NCBI GenBank assembly: GCA_964411375.1
Contig: CAYPKR010000001.1
Location: forward strand, 104,227-168,226
Length of the DNA stretch: 64,000 nucleotides
Direction: 5' to 3'
Source: an uncultured Candidatus Saccharibacteria bacterium
GTDB taxonomy: Bacteria > Patescibacteriota > Minisyncoccia > Phycocordibacterales > UBA12088
Shown here: one piece after another, positions 38,146 to 46,382 of the stretch
Position numbering within the stretch: position 1 is the first letter of the stretch
How the letters are laid out: each line of letters begins with the position of its first letter
Made by a program: the position numbers and the translations under genes
Notes under the pieces: generated by a model
What the model saw: the letters and a program-made list of their open reading frames with translations, nothing else
Database searches by the model: none
What the model was told of the DNA's origin: nothing

Positions 38146-39395
38146 CCATGCAAAGAGACGACATCGGCAACAAAATAGGGGACGCACTCAAGGAAATCCG
38201 CCTTTCAAAAGCGGAGAAATTTGCACTGCGAAATGCGGTAATGTCGAAGATCAATTCTTCGACTCAGAAGTCATCTCGACCAGTACCATCTCCATTCGCT
38301 TTCTCATTTTTCCATCTTCGAACGGCAATCGCTTCAATCCTTCTCTTTTTCATTGTGAGCGGTAGCGGTATTTCATACGCAGCAGGGAACGCACTTCCTG
38401 GTGATCTTTTGTACGCAATAAAAATCGGATTCAATGAGTCAATCCAGGTTGCGCTCGCAACATCTCCTGAAGAAAAAGCAACGCTCGCTGTTTCTTTCGC
38501 CGATCAGCGACTCGAAGAAGCAGGGAAGCTTGCAGCACTTGGCAAACTAACTCCAGAGCTTGAACAAACCGTCAGTACGGAATTTGAAAATCAGGCAAAT
38601 CAAGTCAACGCACATTTGACCGTACTCGAATCAACCGATCAAACCGCCACGCAAGAAATTTCAGATCAATTCGAAGCGGTGCTTTCTGCGCACGAAGTAG
38701 TTCTCTCTCGTCTCGCACTCAAAGTGCAAAATGATACAACCAATATTGCAACCGATACGCCAAGCGATATTGCAATGGTAACTGAAAAAATTCATTCGCA
38801 AGTTTCCAAACTTGCCGAACGCCATCTCGCATATGCAGAATCAGTTGCAGTCTCGGGTGACACACGCACCATTCAGATGCAAAAAATGTCTGTGAAAAGT
38901 GTGCCTGCACCGGAAGCTACATCTGAAGCGGCTCCAATGACGCTTGCGGTTGATGCATCTACATCAGCTTCAAGTACCATTTCAAGCGACGCCGATCTTG
39001 CGGTAAGCATTCGTCTTTATGAAAAGGCGAACACCATGTTTATAAATGCACAGTCATTGCTTGCAGATGCTTCGATTTCAGATGCATCGGTTGTAAAGGC
39101 AAAAAAAGAACTCTCCGCTATTCAAAATCTTCTCGGAAAAGCAAAGACAGCAATTGATGCGAAGGACGCAAGCGGCGCAAGACAGTTTGCACGTGAAGCG
39201 CTCCGCCGCTCCACTGCATTCGGTGTCTATTTAAATGCCGAAGGCTATAACGGAGGATTTTCTGATTCCGATGATGATGCAGATGAATCAGAAAACGCAA
39301 CAACAAGCATCCGCACGCTTCCAGAGACGACGACCGTTTCTGCCACTACATCCTCGAAAGAAGGGAAGAAGTGGTTCTTTGGGTTGCCGCGTTAA
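38133..39395 (+). CDS. Putative anti-sigma factor / DUF5667-like membrane protein
   Basis: Overlaps the sigma gene stop. Single TM (ILLFFIVSGSGISYAAG), then a helical extracytoplasmic domain with an Asp-rich end. Confidence 0.55.
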   Translation: MGQITMQRDDIGNKIGDALKEIRLSKAEKFALRNAVMSKINSSTQKSSRPVPSPFAFSFFHLRTAIASILLFFIVSGSGISYAAGNALPGDLLYAIKIGFNESIQVALATSPEEKATLAVSFADQRLEEAGKLAALGKLTPELEQTVSTEFENQANQVNAHLTVLESTDQTATQEISDQFEAVLSAHEVVLSRLALKVQNDTTNIATDTPSDIAMVTEKIHSQVSKLAERHLAYAESVAVSGDTRTIQMQKMSVKSVPAPEATSEAAPMTLAVDASTSASSTISSDADLAVSIRLYEKANTMFINAQSLLADASISDASVVKAKKELSAIQNLLGKAKTAIDAKDASGARQFAREALRRSTAFGVYLNAEGYNGGFSDSDDDADESENATTSIRTLPETTTVSATTSSKEGKKWFFGLPR

Positions 39396-39761
39396 TTATT
39401 TGACGCATCATTCCTTCGTTTGATACTCTCTAGAGACATGCAGAGCAATTCCTCATATTGGTTTACATGGTTTAGCAAGCTTCGGGCTGGCTTTTCGATG
39501 ATGTCATAATTTTTTCAAACGACATTTTGAGAGACCGGCCCGAGAGGGTCGGTTTCGTTTTGTGAATTTGATGGTCGCTACGAATCGTTTCGCGGAGACC
39601 ACAAAATTCACAAGTTCTTTTTCCCAACCCTCGAAAAGGAGTTCAGGTTTTGGATACACAAGCTGAGTTATCACCGCCCCGCAAGCAGGCAACAGTACTG
39701 TTGTCTAGGTCTCTCTCTCCCAAAGAATATCGGGAACTTCCTGATGCTGAAAAGGAGCGCT

Positions 39762-39971
39762 ATGACTACGACGCAGTATCCGACATCTATGTTAGACGTC
39801 CCCCTAGAGGGTGGTGACGTTCCCAAAAGTTTCGTTCTTTGCCGAAATCCACATCACTCGGAGTGTAGGTCAAATGGAACCAGAGTAGCCATCCCCCGAG
39901 TAGGAGTTGAACCAACCTGCCCAACATGCAAAGCGCAGGTAAAGTCTCCCCCCGTTCGGTGGGGGCACTGA
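39762..39971 (+). CDS. Small zinc-ribbon protein (C-x9-C ... C-x2-C)
   Basis: Strong RBS aaggag 5 nt before the ATG. 69 aa with four Cys (LCRNPHHSEC..CPTC). An intrinsic terminator follows directly. Confidence 0.45.
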   Translation: MTTTQYPTSMLDVPLEGGDVPKSFVLCRNPHHSECRSNGTRVAIPRVGVEPTCPTCKAQVKSPPVRWGH

Positions 39972-39978
39972 ATTGAGT

Positions 39979-40008
39979 GGGCTCTACGGAGCCCGCTTTA
40001 CTTTTTTT
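39979..40008 (+). terminator. Rho-independent terminator (gggctc tacg gagccc + T7)
   Basis: Read directly. Confidence 0.7.
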
Positions 40009-40503
40009 AGCAAGAGGAATAGTATCGAAGTATGCAGTATCGAATGATGGCAATGGCGATTATTATGCGAACGCGACTTCGGCCGTAGCGGTACTGTATT
40101 GATTCAGACTGTAGCGGCCCGTAAAGGGCCTTTTTTGTTCTTTCAAAATCGAACATCAATCAGTGCGGGCGAAAGCGGCTCGAATATATTCCGAGCAATT
40201 TTCGCCCGCACTGATGCGGGCAAGTACCATTGGAGTCGAAAATGGCAGAAACAGATCTTCGACAAAAAATCGACCCACTTGCAGATTCCTCGGGTCGCAA
40301 GGGACGTGACCAACAGAGTCGCCGATTGAAGAGGGGAAATCATCCGTTCAAAGACGAACTCTCCGCTTCAGGAGGATTCCTCCGTGCTCGGCGGTGGCGC
40401 TATACGGGTTTTCCGGCCGTTCCAAATGGCTTATCACCACTCCAGTAGTCTGGAAATGCGCCGGCAGGAACGTTCCTGCCGGCCATCACCAAATGGAGGA
40501 TCG

Positions 40504-40791
40504 ATGGCTATCACTGTTCATACTGGGGCTGACTCGATGATGCGCTATTATGTAGCGCTCGGTCATCGCGAATCACCTCCCAAAGAAGGTTTTGGCTACG
40601 TGTATACTGGTGCTGGCAGATTAACAATTACCGCAAAAGCATTCTTTGAGCGAAAAGCGGAGTTTCCGGTTGCTGCCGAACTTGGTCCAGAGTCGTACAT
40701 GTATGAAACTGACGGTGTTACGCCTTATTTCCATCTTATCGCTCCAATCACCGCGTTACCGGTAAAGGGTAACGAAAGGCTGTCCCCGTGA
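40504..40791 (+). CDS. Small hypothetical protein (95 aa)
   Basis: RBS ggagga 5 nt before the ATG. Preceded by the perfect hairpin gccggcagg aacgtt cctgccggc. Confidence 0.45.
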   Translation: MAITVHTGADSMMRYYVALGHRESPPKEGFGYVYTGAGRLTITAKAFFERKAEFPVAAELGPESYMYETDGVTPYFHLIAPITALPVKGNERLSP

Positions 40792-40897
40792 CAGCCTTTT
40801 CCTTTGTGTATAACTTCTTGACAGTATTTTGCTCTGGAGTAAGGTAATGAGGTATGACAACGTCGGTCTTCATTCGCAACGTACTCCTCCTTCGATC

Positions 40898-40976
40898 GGG
40901 GGCTGTTTGTTGCGAATAAGACGGACACGTCAAATCTCCAACAAACTGCCCCCTCAAGTGAGGGGGCAGTTTGTTT
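40898..40976 (+). promoter_or_regulatory. Attenuator-like leader: terminator hairpin (40940-40975 + TTTGTTT) with an upstream alternative pairing partner (40898-40911)
   Basis: gggggctgtttgtt / aacaaactgccccct / agggggcagtttgtt were read directly. The central arm can pair with either flank. Confidence 0.45.
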
Positions 40977-41009
40977 CGGAGCAGTTCTTTTACAACTTGG
41001 AGAAGAGTT

Positions 41010-41363
41010 ATGAGTAAACAGTATCAGAGCAATCTGATTGTGACCCTCCAGCGGTTTTTTGACAGCATGCCAGCAGGACACGCACTTGCGATTGGCCCAG
41101 CCGGAGATCAACTGCTTACCAAAACACTCAAGGGTTATTTCGAGCAATTCAATAGACGGCGTGACATTCATCCCGGCTCAACATTGTGTCGGATTCGGAC
41201 AGTGTGTTCACGGCTTTTCAAGCGAGTAGACGACGGAAAGGTATTTGTCGGATACACACTGCTTGTGCAAGGTGAGATGCCTGGACCAATGCATATTGAA
41301 CTTTCGCAACTTCTTGCGCAGCACTTTGAGGAGACTACATCTCCACAGAAAAGGGCAGCATGA
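41010..41363 (+). CDS. Small hypothetical protein (117 aa)
   Basis: RBS ggagaag before the ATG. Followed by the 11-bp-stem hairpin 41374-41402. Confidence 0.45.
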   Translation: MSKQYQSNLIVTLQRFFDSMPAGHALAIGPAGDQLLTKTLKGYFEQFNRRRDIHPGSTLCRIRTVCSRLFKRVDDGKVFVGYTLLVQGEMPGPMHIELSQLLAQHFEETTSPQKRAA

Positions 41364-41413
41364 TGGCTCATGTCCCGACTAGCGTCACAACGCTAGTCGG
41401 GGAGCCTTTCTCA

Positions 41414-41480
41414 CATGCAATCCGGAGATTAATTTTCAAAACATTTTTATTTTTTTGAAAATTAATCTCCGGATTGCATG
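41414..41480. repeat. Perfect inverted repeat with 28-bp arms (catgcaatccggagattaattttcaaaa .. ttttgaaaattaatctccggattgcatg)
   Basis: Read directly. Reverse complement of the left arm equals the right arm exactly. Confidence 0.8.
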
Positions 41481-41877
41481 GGGCAACCGGATCATGGAGT
41501 TTTCTTCGATGTGTGTTGACTTAAGTACAATAAACACCTTTGATCTTGAGCGCAGGATTGCTGCGCTTAGACAAAAATGTGAGGGCGGTAGGCCGGTTCG
41601 TGACAGATTAGGTCCCACTCTCGATGCTTACGAAGAAGAGATGAGACGTAGGAATCAGGAGGGTCAGAAACCCTCGGACCTCACCACTGCTCCAACTCCT
41701 GCGTTGGAGCAAATAATAACCGGCGTATAGTCAGCAATCAGGGAGGACGAATGGTTCTCGTATCCGCGAAATCATTCGTCCCATCCCCCTTCTTTTTTCA
41801 AATTGTTTCGACGCTGTCGAGACAAAAACACGCGACCAACATGGTCGCGTTTGTCTTTTGATGCCATCAATAATTTT

Positions 41878-43062
41878 TTATTCATTCAAAACTTGAATAA
41901 GTTTTGCAATTAATCTCGGCGCAACGGTGGAATTGAATGTTCTGGCGTACGCCTCGCTGTTGCTTTTCAATAAACTGTTCAGATTAGTTCCTGCATTTTT
42001 TGCGAGATCGCGGTCAATGTTGGAAAGCGTGATTGCGCGCAGATCGCGATCGCCCGTATTTGCCGCTTCAGTTGTGGTCACAATAAGCCCAATTAATTTG
42101 CCGCTCGAGTTTATGACGCCTCCGCCCGAAGAACCTTTTTGAGCGACGACCGTTCCGCCAACTGACATGAGGTCAGCAGTATCGTTTCCTAAATCAAATG
42201 TAAATATTTTTTGTATGGTTGAAATTGCTGATGCGCTATAGAGATTTTTTGCAACCGTAACGCCGCCAAGAAATCCTGCAGGATATGCGGCAACTAAGAC
42301 ACCTTCGCCTTCGGACGGATCACGTGTCTCTGGTGGAATATAGGAAACGGGGAATGAAATTTTTTCATCTGGATTCGTACTTCCCGTAATTCGGAAAAAT
42401 GCAAAATCATGTTCACCAGTTCCGGTTGGATCCGCTTCAACAATCGTGTGCGCATTTTCATCAATCCACTGTGGCGAAATGTACATGAGTTCAAGCGTGT
42501 ATTTGTTTACTGCCGGAGATCCAGTTCGCGCAACGCATTCAATATATCCTTTCGTCAAAAAATCTTTAAGGAGCATGTACTCTGCAACATGCGCATTGGT
42601 GATGATGATGCCGGAAGGATCAATGACGACGCCCGATCCTGAAATCGGATCAAGCGGACCTCCGTTTGCAGTGGTGCATAAAATATTAACGAGCGCATCG
42701 CGCGCAATTCCATTGATACTTGAAAACGATGGCGCGATCGGTGGAATCGAAATAGGTGGTGTTAGTGGAACGGAGATTGTTACATTCTTTGTTTGGTCCG
42801 TTATTGGTGTATTCTTCGTTCCATGTTTCGTTGATGTTGCATTTTTTTCTATCGCAATATTTTTTGTGGATGTTCCGATCGTGGTACTCGCCTGCCCCGC
42901 GGTTGTTGCCGCACTGGTTGCGAATGTTCTTTGGGTCGACGAAGGAGTGGGAGAGTTAACGATTGCAAATTCACGTCCAATAAATGGATTCGTAACAAAC
43001 GCGATCGCGATACTGATCGAGACTATGAGTTTTGCAAAAAAAGCAGAAACGATAGAAAACAT
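41878..43062 (-). CDS. Secreted/membrane-anchored trypsin-like (S1 family) serine protease
   Basis: N-terminal TM. Catalytic His (TNAHVA), Asp, and Ser in GSSGGG. 394 aa. Confidence 0.75.
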   Translation of the reverse strand: MFSIVSAFFAKLIVSISIAIAFVTNPFIGREFAIVNSPTPSSTQRTFATSAATTAGQASTTIGTSTKNIAIEKNATSTKHGTKNTPITDQTKNVTISVPLTPPISIPPIAPSFSSINGIARDALVNILCTTANGGPLDPISGSGVVIDPSGIIITNAHVAEYMLLKDFLTKGYIECVARTGSPAVNKYTLELMYISPQWIDENAHTIVEADPTGTGEHDFAFFRITGSTNPDEKISFPVSYIPPETRDPSEGEGVLVAAYPAGFLGGVTVAKNLYSASAISTIQKIFTFDLGNDTADLMSVGGTVVAQKGSSGGGVINSSGKLIGLIVTTTEAANTGDRDLRAITLSNIDRDLAKNAGTNLNSLLKSNSEAYARTFNSTVAPRLIAKLIQVLNE

Positions 43063-43172
43063 ATTGCTAGTATACCGCGCAGAAAATCCGAAATCATCTT
43101 CGACTTGTTTCGCTCTGATTTTCTGCTACGATGGGGTTTTGTAAACGGTAGGGTTACTACCGAAGAGGTGAC

Positions 43173-43243
43173 GCGGGATTAGTTTAATGGTAGAACTTCA
43201 GTTTTCCAAACTGATAGCAGGAGTTCGATTCTCCTATCCCGCA
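43173..43243 (+). tRNA. tRNA-Gly (anticodon TCC)
   Basis: Manual cloverleaf. Acceptor GCGGGAT/ATCCCGC, anticodon stem TCAGT/ACTGA, loop TTTCCAA, T-arm AGGAG TTCGATT CTCCT. Confidence 0.75.
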
Positions 43244-43269
43244 CCGAGTTGGACGTAGTGAAACGAAGA

Positions 43270-43315
43270 GTGCGGGATAGGAAGCCGCCTGCGCGGCTTC
43301 CGTAGGAGAATCGAA
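43270..43315. repeat. Inverted copy of the tRNA-Gly(TCC) 3' end (T-arm + acceptor) interrupted by a 20-nt hairpin (aagccgcctgcgcggcttcc)
   Basis: gtgcgggatagg..gtaggagaatcgaa is the reverse complement of ttcgattctcctatcccgcac. Read directly. Confidence 0.7.
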
Positions 43316-43486
43316 AGCCGTAGCCATGTTTTGTGAAACAAAACATGCGAGGCGGGGTCGACGAAATTTTGCGCAGCAAAATTATCGGTGACCGATTCTC
43401 TGACCCTCTTTTTCATTGTTTCACACCCCTAAAATTAGATAATTTATTCCCCTCGCCAAAAATTTCTTCCGGCGTACACTACTCTC

Positions 43487-44638
43487 ATGAGCGACCGACC
43501 CGACACCAATCCTCTCCCCCTCGCCGCTAAACTGCGCCCCCAAACGCTCGATGAATTTGTTGGCCAAGAACATTTGGTTGGCGAAGGTAAACCGATCCGA
43601 ACCGCAATCGAAGGGAAACATCTTTTTTCATTTGTGCTGTGGGGTCCGCCGGGATCGGGAAAGACAACACTTGCAAGATTGTATGCAAAGGCACTCGGCG
43701 CGCATATTGTCGAACTCTCCGCGGTATCTGCTGGCAAAGAAGATATTAAAAAATTTTTGAAAGAAGATGCTGGCGGAAAACCGCGCGTATTATTTCTTGA
43801 CGAAATACATCGCTTCAATAAAGCGCAACAAGATTTTTTGCTTCCATATGTTGAATCAGGCGAACTCACGTTAATCGGCGCGACAACTGAAAATCCATCA
43901 TTTGAAATTATTTCTGCACTTCTTTCTCGCGCTCGAGTGTTTGTTCTCTACGCACTTACTCCCGAAGGTATTCAAAAAATAATTACACGCGCAGCGCCTG
44001 AAATTGAAGATGACGCACTTGAGTGGCTGACCGAAATGGCAAAAGGAGATGCGCGCGCGGCACTTTCAGTTTTGGGAAATTCACGAACGCTCTACGGAAA
44101 TGTGTCGCTCGATTCCCTTAAAGAATCTCTACAGTCGGTATTTCTTCGCTATGATAAAAAAGGAGAAGAACATTACGATACGATCAGCGCGTTTATAAAA
44201 AGTATGCGCGCCTCACAAGCCGATGCGGCGCTCTACTATCTCGCACGAATGGTTGAGGGTGGCGAAGATCCGCTCTTCATTGCGCGGCGAATGGTTATTT
44301 TTGCCAGCGAAGATATTGGACTCGCGCAACCAACTGCGCTGGTTGTCGCGAACGCAGTATTTCGCGCGTGCGAAACAATTGGCTATCCGGAGTGCGCGAT
44401 CAATCTTGCGCACGGTGTCGCATATCTTGCAGATGCAAAAAAAGATCGGAGCGCATACGAAGCACTCGGACTTGCGATGCAGGATGTTAAAAAATTTGGT
44501 AATCTCCCAATTCCACTCCATATCCGAAATGCACCAACCAAGCTGATGAAAGATTTGGGCTACGGAAAAGGCTACAAAAAATATGATGATGAAAGTTACT
44601 TGCCGGAGAAATTAAAAAAGAAAAAGTATTTGAAATAA
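43487..44638 (+). CDS. rarA: Replication-associated recombination protein A (AAA+ ATPase)
   Basis: Walker A GPPGSGKTTLA. RarA/MgsA-specific C-terminal domain. 383 aa. Confidence 0.9.
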   Translation: MSDRPDTNPLPLAAKLRPQTLDEFVGQEHLVGEGKPIRTAIEGKHLFSFVLWGPPGSGKTTLARLYAKALGAHIVELSAVSAGKEDIKKFLKEDAGGKPRVLFLDEIHRFNKAQQDFLLPYVESGELTLIGATTENPSFEIISALLSRARVFVLYALTPEGIQKIITRAAPEIEDDALEWLTEMAKGDARAALSVLGNSRTLYGNVSLDSLKESLQSVFLRYDKKGEEHYDTISAFIKSMRASQADAALYYLARMVEGGEDPLFIARRMVIFASEDIGLAQPTALVVANAVFRACETIGYPECAINLAHGVAYLADAKKDRSAYEALGLAMQDVKKFGNLPIPLHIRNAPTKLMKDLGYGKGYKKYDDESYLPEKLKKKKYLK

Positions 44639-45116
44639 GGGAGGTAATCGCCCTGAAAGAGGCGATCCGACACTTATGCCCGAATGAGTATAAAATTGCC
44701 GCCCCTCTCGGGGCGGCTTCCGCAACCAATGCACTTTCACATTTTCTTTCCTTGGGAAGTTTGAAGAAAAAATCTACCGGATCAAAACTAGCAGGCGATT
44801 GCAACACTTCGTCTGGTTTTCCATCGCCGTTATAATCTATCGACAGAGTGTCAGTAAATAGATTGTGTATCATAAACGGCGGGTATTGAAGAACATGATT
44901 ACAGGCGATATACACCGCTCTGTAAAATGCCGGTCCATCTCGTGCAAGTGCATAATCGAGCCACTTAATAATTCTTCCTTCCGCCACTACTTCTTTGTTT
45001 TCTGCATGCAGAAGGATCAAGCCTTTTAATCTTGGCATCCGACTCGGATGTTCTCCTGAGAAGGCAGGCTGAACGACAGCACAGACACAAAGTGTGATCG
45101 CTAGAAAGATTCTATA
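44487..45116 (-). CDS. Hypothetical secreted protein
   Basis: Signal-like N-terminus (MYRIFLAITLCVCAVVQPAFS) from the internal Met. The longer annotated start would run through the hup terminator. The 3' end overlaps the rarA end by ~150 nt. Confidence 0.4.
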   Translation of the reverse strand, partial: YRIFLAITLCVCAVVQPAFSGEHPSRMPRLKGLILLHAENKEVVAEGRIIKWLDYALARDGPAFYRAVYIACNHVLQYPPFMIHNLFTDTLSIDYNGDGKPDEVLQSPASFDPVDFFFKLPKERKCESALVAEAAPRGAAILYSFGHKCRIASFRAITSLISNTFSFLISPASNFHHHIFCSLFRSPNLSSAWLVHFGYGVELGDYQIF

Positions 45117-45177
45117 CATCAAAAGAACTCCCGTGGTTTGTCTCCGTAAGCGTAGCACTTTGATCAAAGTGCGCAAT

Positions 45178-45219
45178 AAAAAACACACAACCCGCCATGA
45201 AGCGGGTTGTGTGTTTTTT
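45178..45219 (-). terminator. Rho-independent terminator downstream of hup (18-bp stem aaaaaacacacaacccgc/gcgggttgtgtgtttttt)
   Basis: Read directly. Confidence 0.75.
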
Positions 45220-45233
45220 CTGCAGAAAAACGT

Positions 45234-45506
45234 CTACTTCACTGCGTCTTTCAAAGCCTTTGCGGCGCGGAATTTCGGTACGCGCATCGAAGGGACTTGA
45301 ATCGTCTCGCCGGTTCGCGGATTGCGACCGGTTCGTGCAGGGCGTACCTTGGTTGCAAAGATGCCGAGACCTGCGATCGAGACCTCATGACCATTCTTCA
45401 ACTCCTTCACGATTGACTCGATGATGGTTTCAACGGCACGCTCTGCATCTGCCTTCGTAGAGCCAAGGACGCCGCTTACTTTCTCTGCAATATCTTGCTT
45501 GTTCAT
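45234..45506 (-). CDS. hup: DNA-binding protein HU
   Basis: 90 aa with the HU/IHF signature (GLGIFATKVRPARTGRNPRTGETIQVP). Confidence 0.9.
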   Translation of the reverse strand: MNKQDIAEKVSGVLGSTKADAERAVETIIESIVKELKNGHEVSIAGLGIFATKVRPARTGRNPRTGETIQVPSMRVPKFRAAKALKDAVK

Positions 45507-45773
45507 CGGTATGTTTTAAAGGATAAAATCAAAACCAAATATATTTCTGTACCGCTTGTTCAATTGAAGTGTCTCTTCAATTTCTAGGGAACGATACTAT
45601 TCGACCTCGCGACGGGGCATAGGAATCTTCCATATACCTTGGATAAATTATATAAAACACCATTTTTCGCGCAACCACGCCGTTTTTAGACGATACGATT
45701 AATCAATCGTCAAATTTTTTGGAGAGAAATTCTCTTTTTTGCTGTTTTCTTCTTTCACGGTATGCTGGTTCCT

Positions 45774-46331
45774 ATGAAAATTGGCATTTCAGGCGCGAGG
45801 GGGAGCTTTTCGGAAGAAGCGGCAGGCGAATATTGTCGCAAAGAGGGAATTGCTAACCCGGAGATTCAGTATCTCGTGAGCGTCGAGAATGTACTCGCAG
45901 GTCTAGAAAATGGCTCTATAGAGCTCGGAATTTTCCCTATCGAAAACTCCAACGGTGGGATTGTCATTGAAGCAGTGTATGGAATGGCAAAACACAATTT
46001 CACCATACAGAAATTATTTGAAATCGATGTCCATCAATGTCTTCTTGTTGCACAGGGTACCAATCCTGATCAGATAACCGCGATTACCTCTCATGATCAA
46101 GCGCTCAAACAGTGTCGGATGTATCTGAAGCGAAAATGGCCAGGTGTGGATATTGCCCCATATCCAGACACTGCAAAGGCGGCAAAAGACTTGAGCGAAG
46201 GAATTTTGCCAAAAACAACCGCAGTCATTGCACCAAAATCATGCGCGGCGCTCTATGGACTCGAACTCCTCGAAGAAAGTATTCAGGATTTGAAATTCAA
46301 CTTCACCACCTTCGTAGCAGCAGAAAAATAG
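45774..46331 (+). CDS. pheA: Prephenate dehydratase catalytic (PDT) domain protein lacking ACT regulatory domain
   Basis: SHDQALKQCRMYL and AALYGLELLEESIQDLKFNFTTF match the PDT consensus. Only ~186 aa. Confidence 0.7.
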   Translation: MKIGISGARGSFSEEAAGEYCRKEGIANPEIQYLVSVENVLAGLENGSIELGIFPIENSNGGIVIEAVYGMAKHNFTIQKLFEIDVHQCLLVAQGTNPDQITAITSHDQALKQCRMYLKRKWPGVDIAPYPDTAKAAKDLSEGILPKTTAVIAPKSCAALYGLELLEESIQDLKFNFTTFVAAEK

Positions 46332-46341
46332 AAATGAAAAC

Positions 46342-46370
46342 AAAAAACGGGCACTCAGTGCCCGTTTTTT
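46342..46370. terminator. Bidirectional rho-independent terminator between convergent pheA and rny (aaaaaacgggcac tcag tgcccgtttttt)
   Basis: Read directly. Confidence 0.75.
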
Positions 46371-46382
46371 GTTTTGTAATAT

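Noticed and set aside
39400-40140. Search for tmRNA, RNase P RNA or SRP RNA in the structured non-coding stretch
   Set aside because: None of the diagnostic motifs was found on either strand. These are RNase P GGAAAGUCCGG and ACAGAANCCGGCUUA, the SRP GGAAGGAAGCAGC motif, and the tmRNA T-arm plus ANDxxYALAA tag. The possible peptide AVSNDGNGDYYANATSAVAVLY has no LAA-type end.
41414-41480. 28-bp-arm palindrome as a Xer dif site
   Set aside because: dif sites are ~28 bp in total with imperfect 11-bp arms and a 6-8 bp spacer. This element has 28-bp perfect arms and a 14-nt loop.
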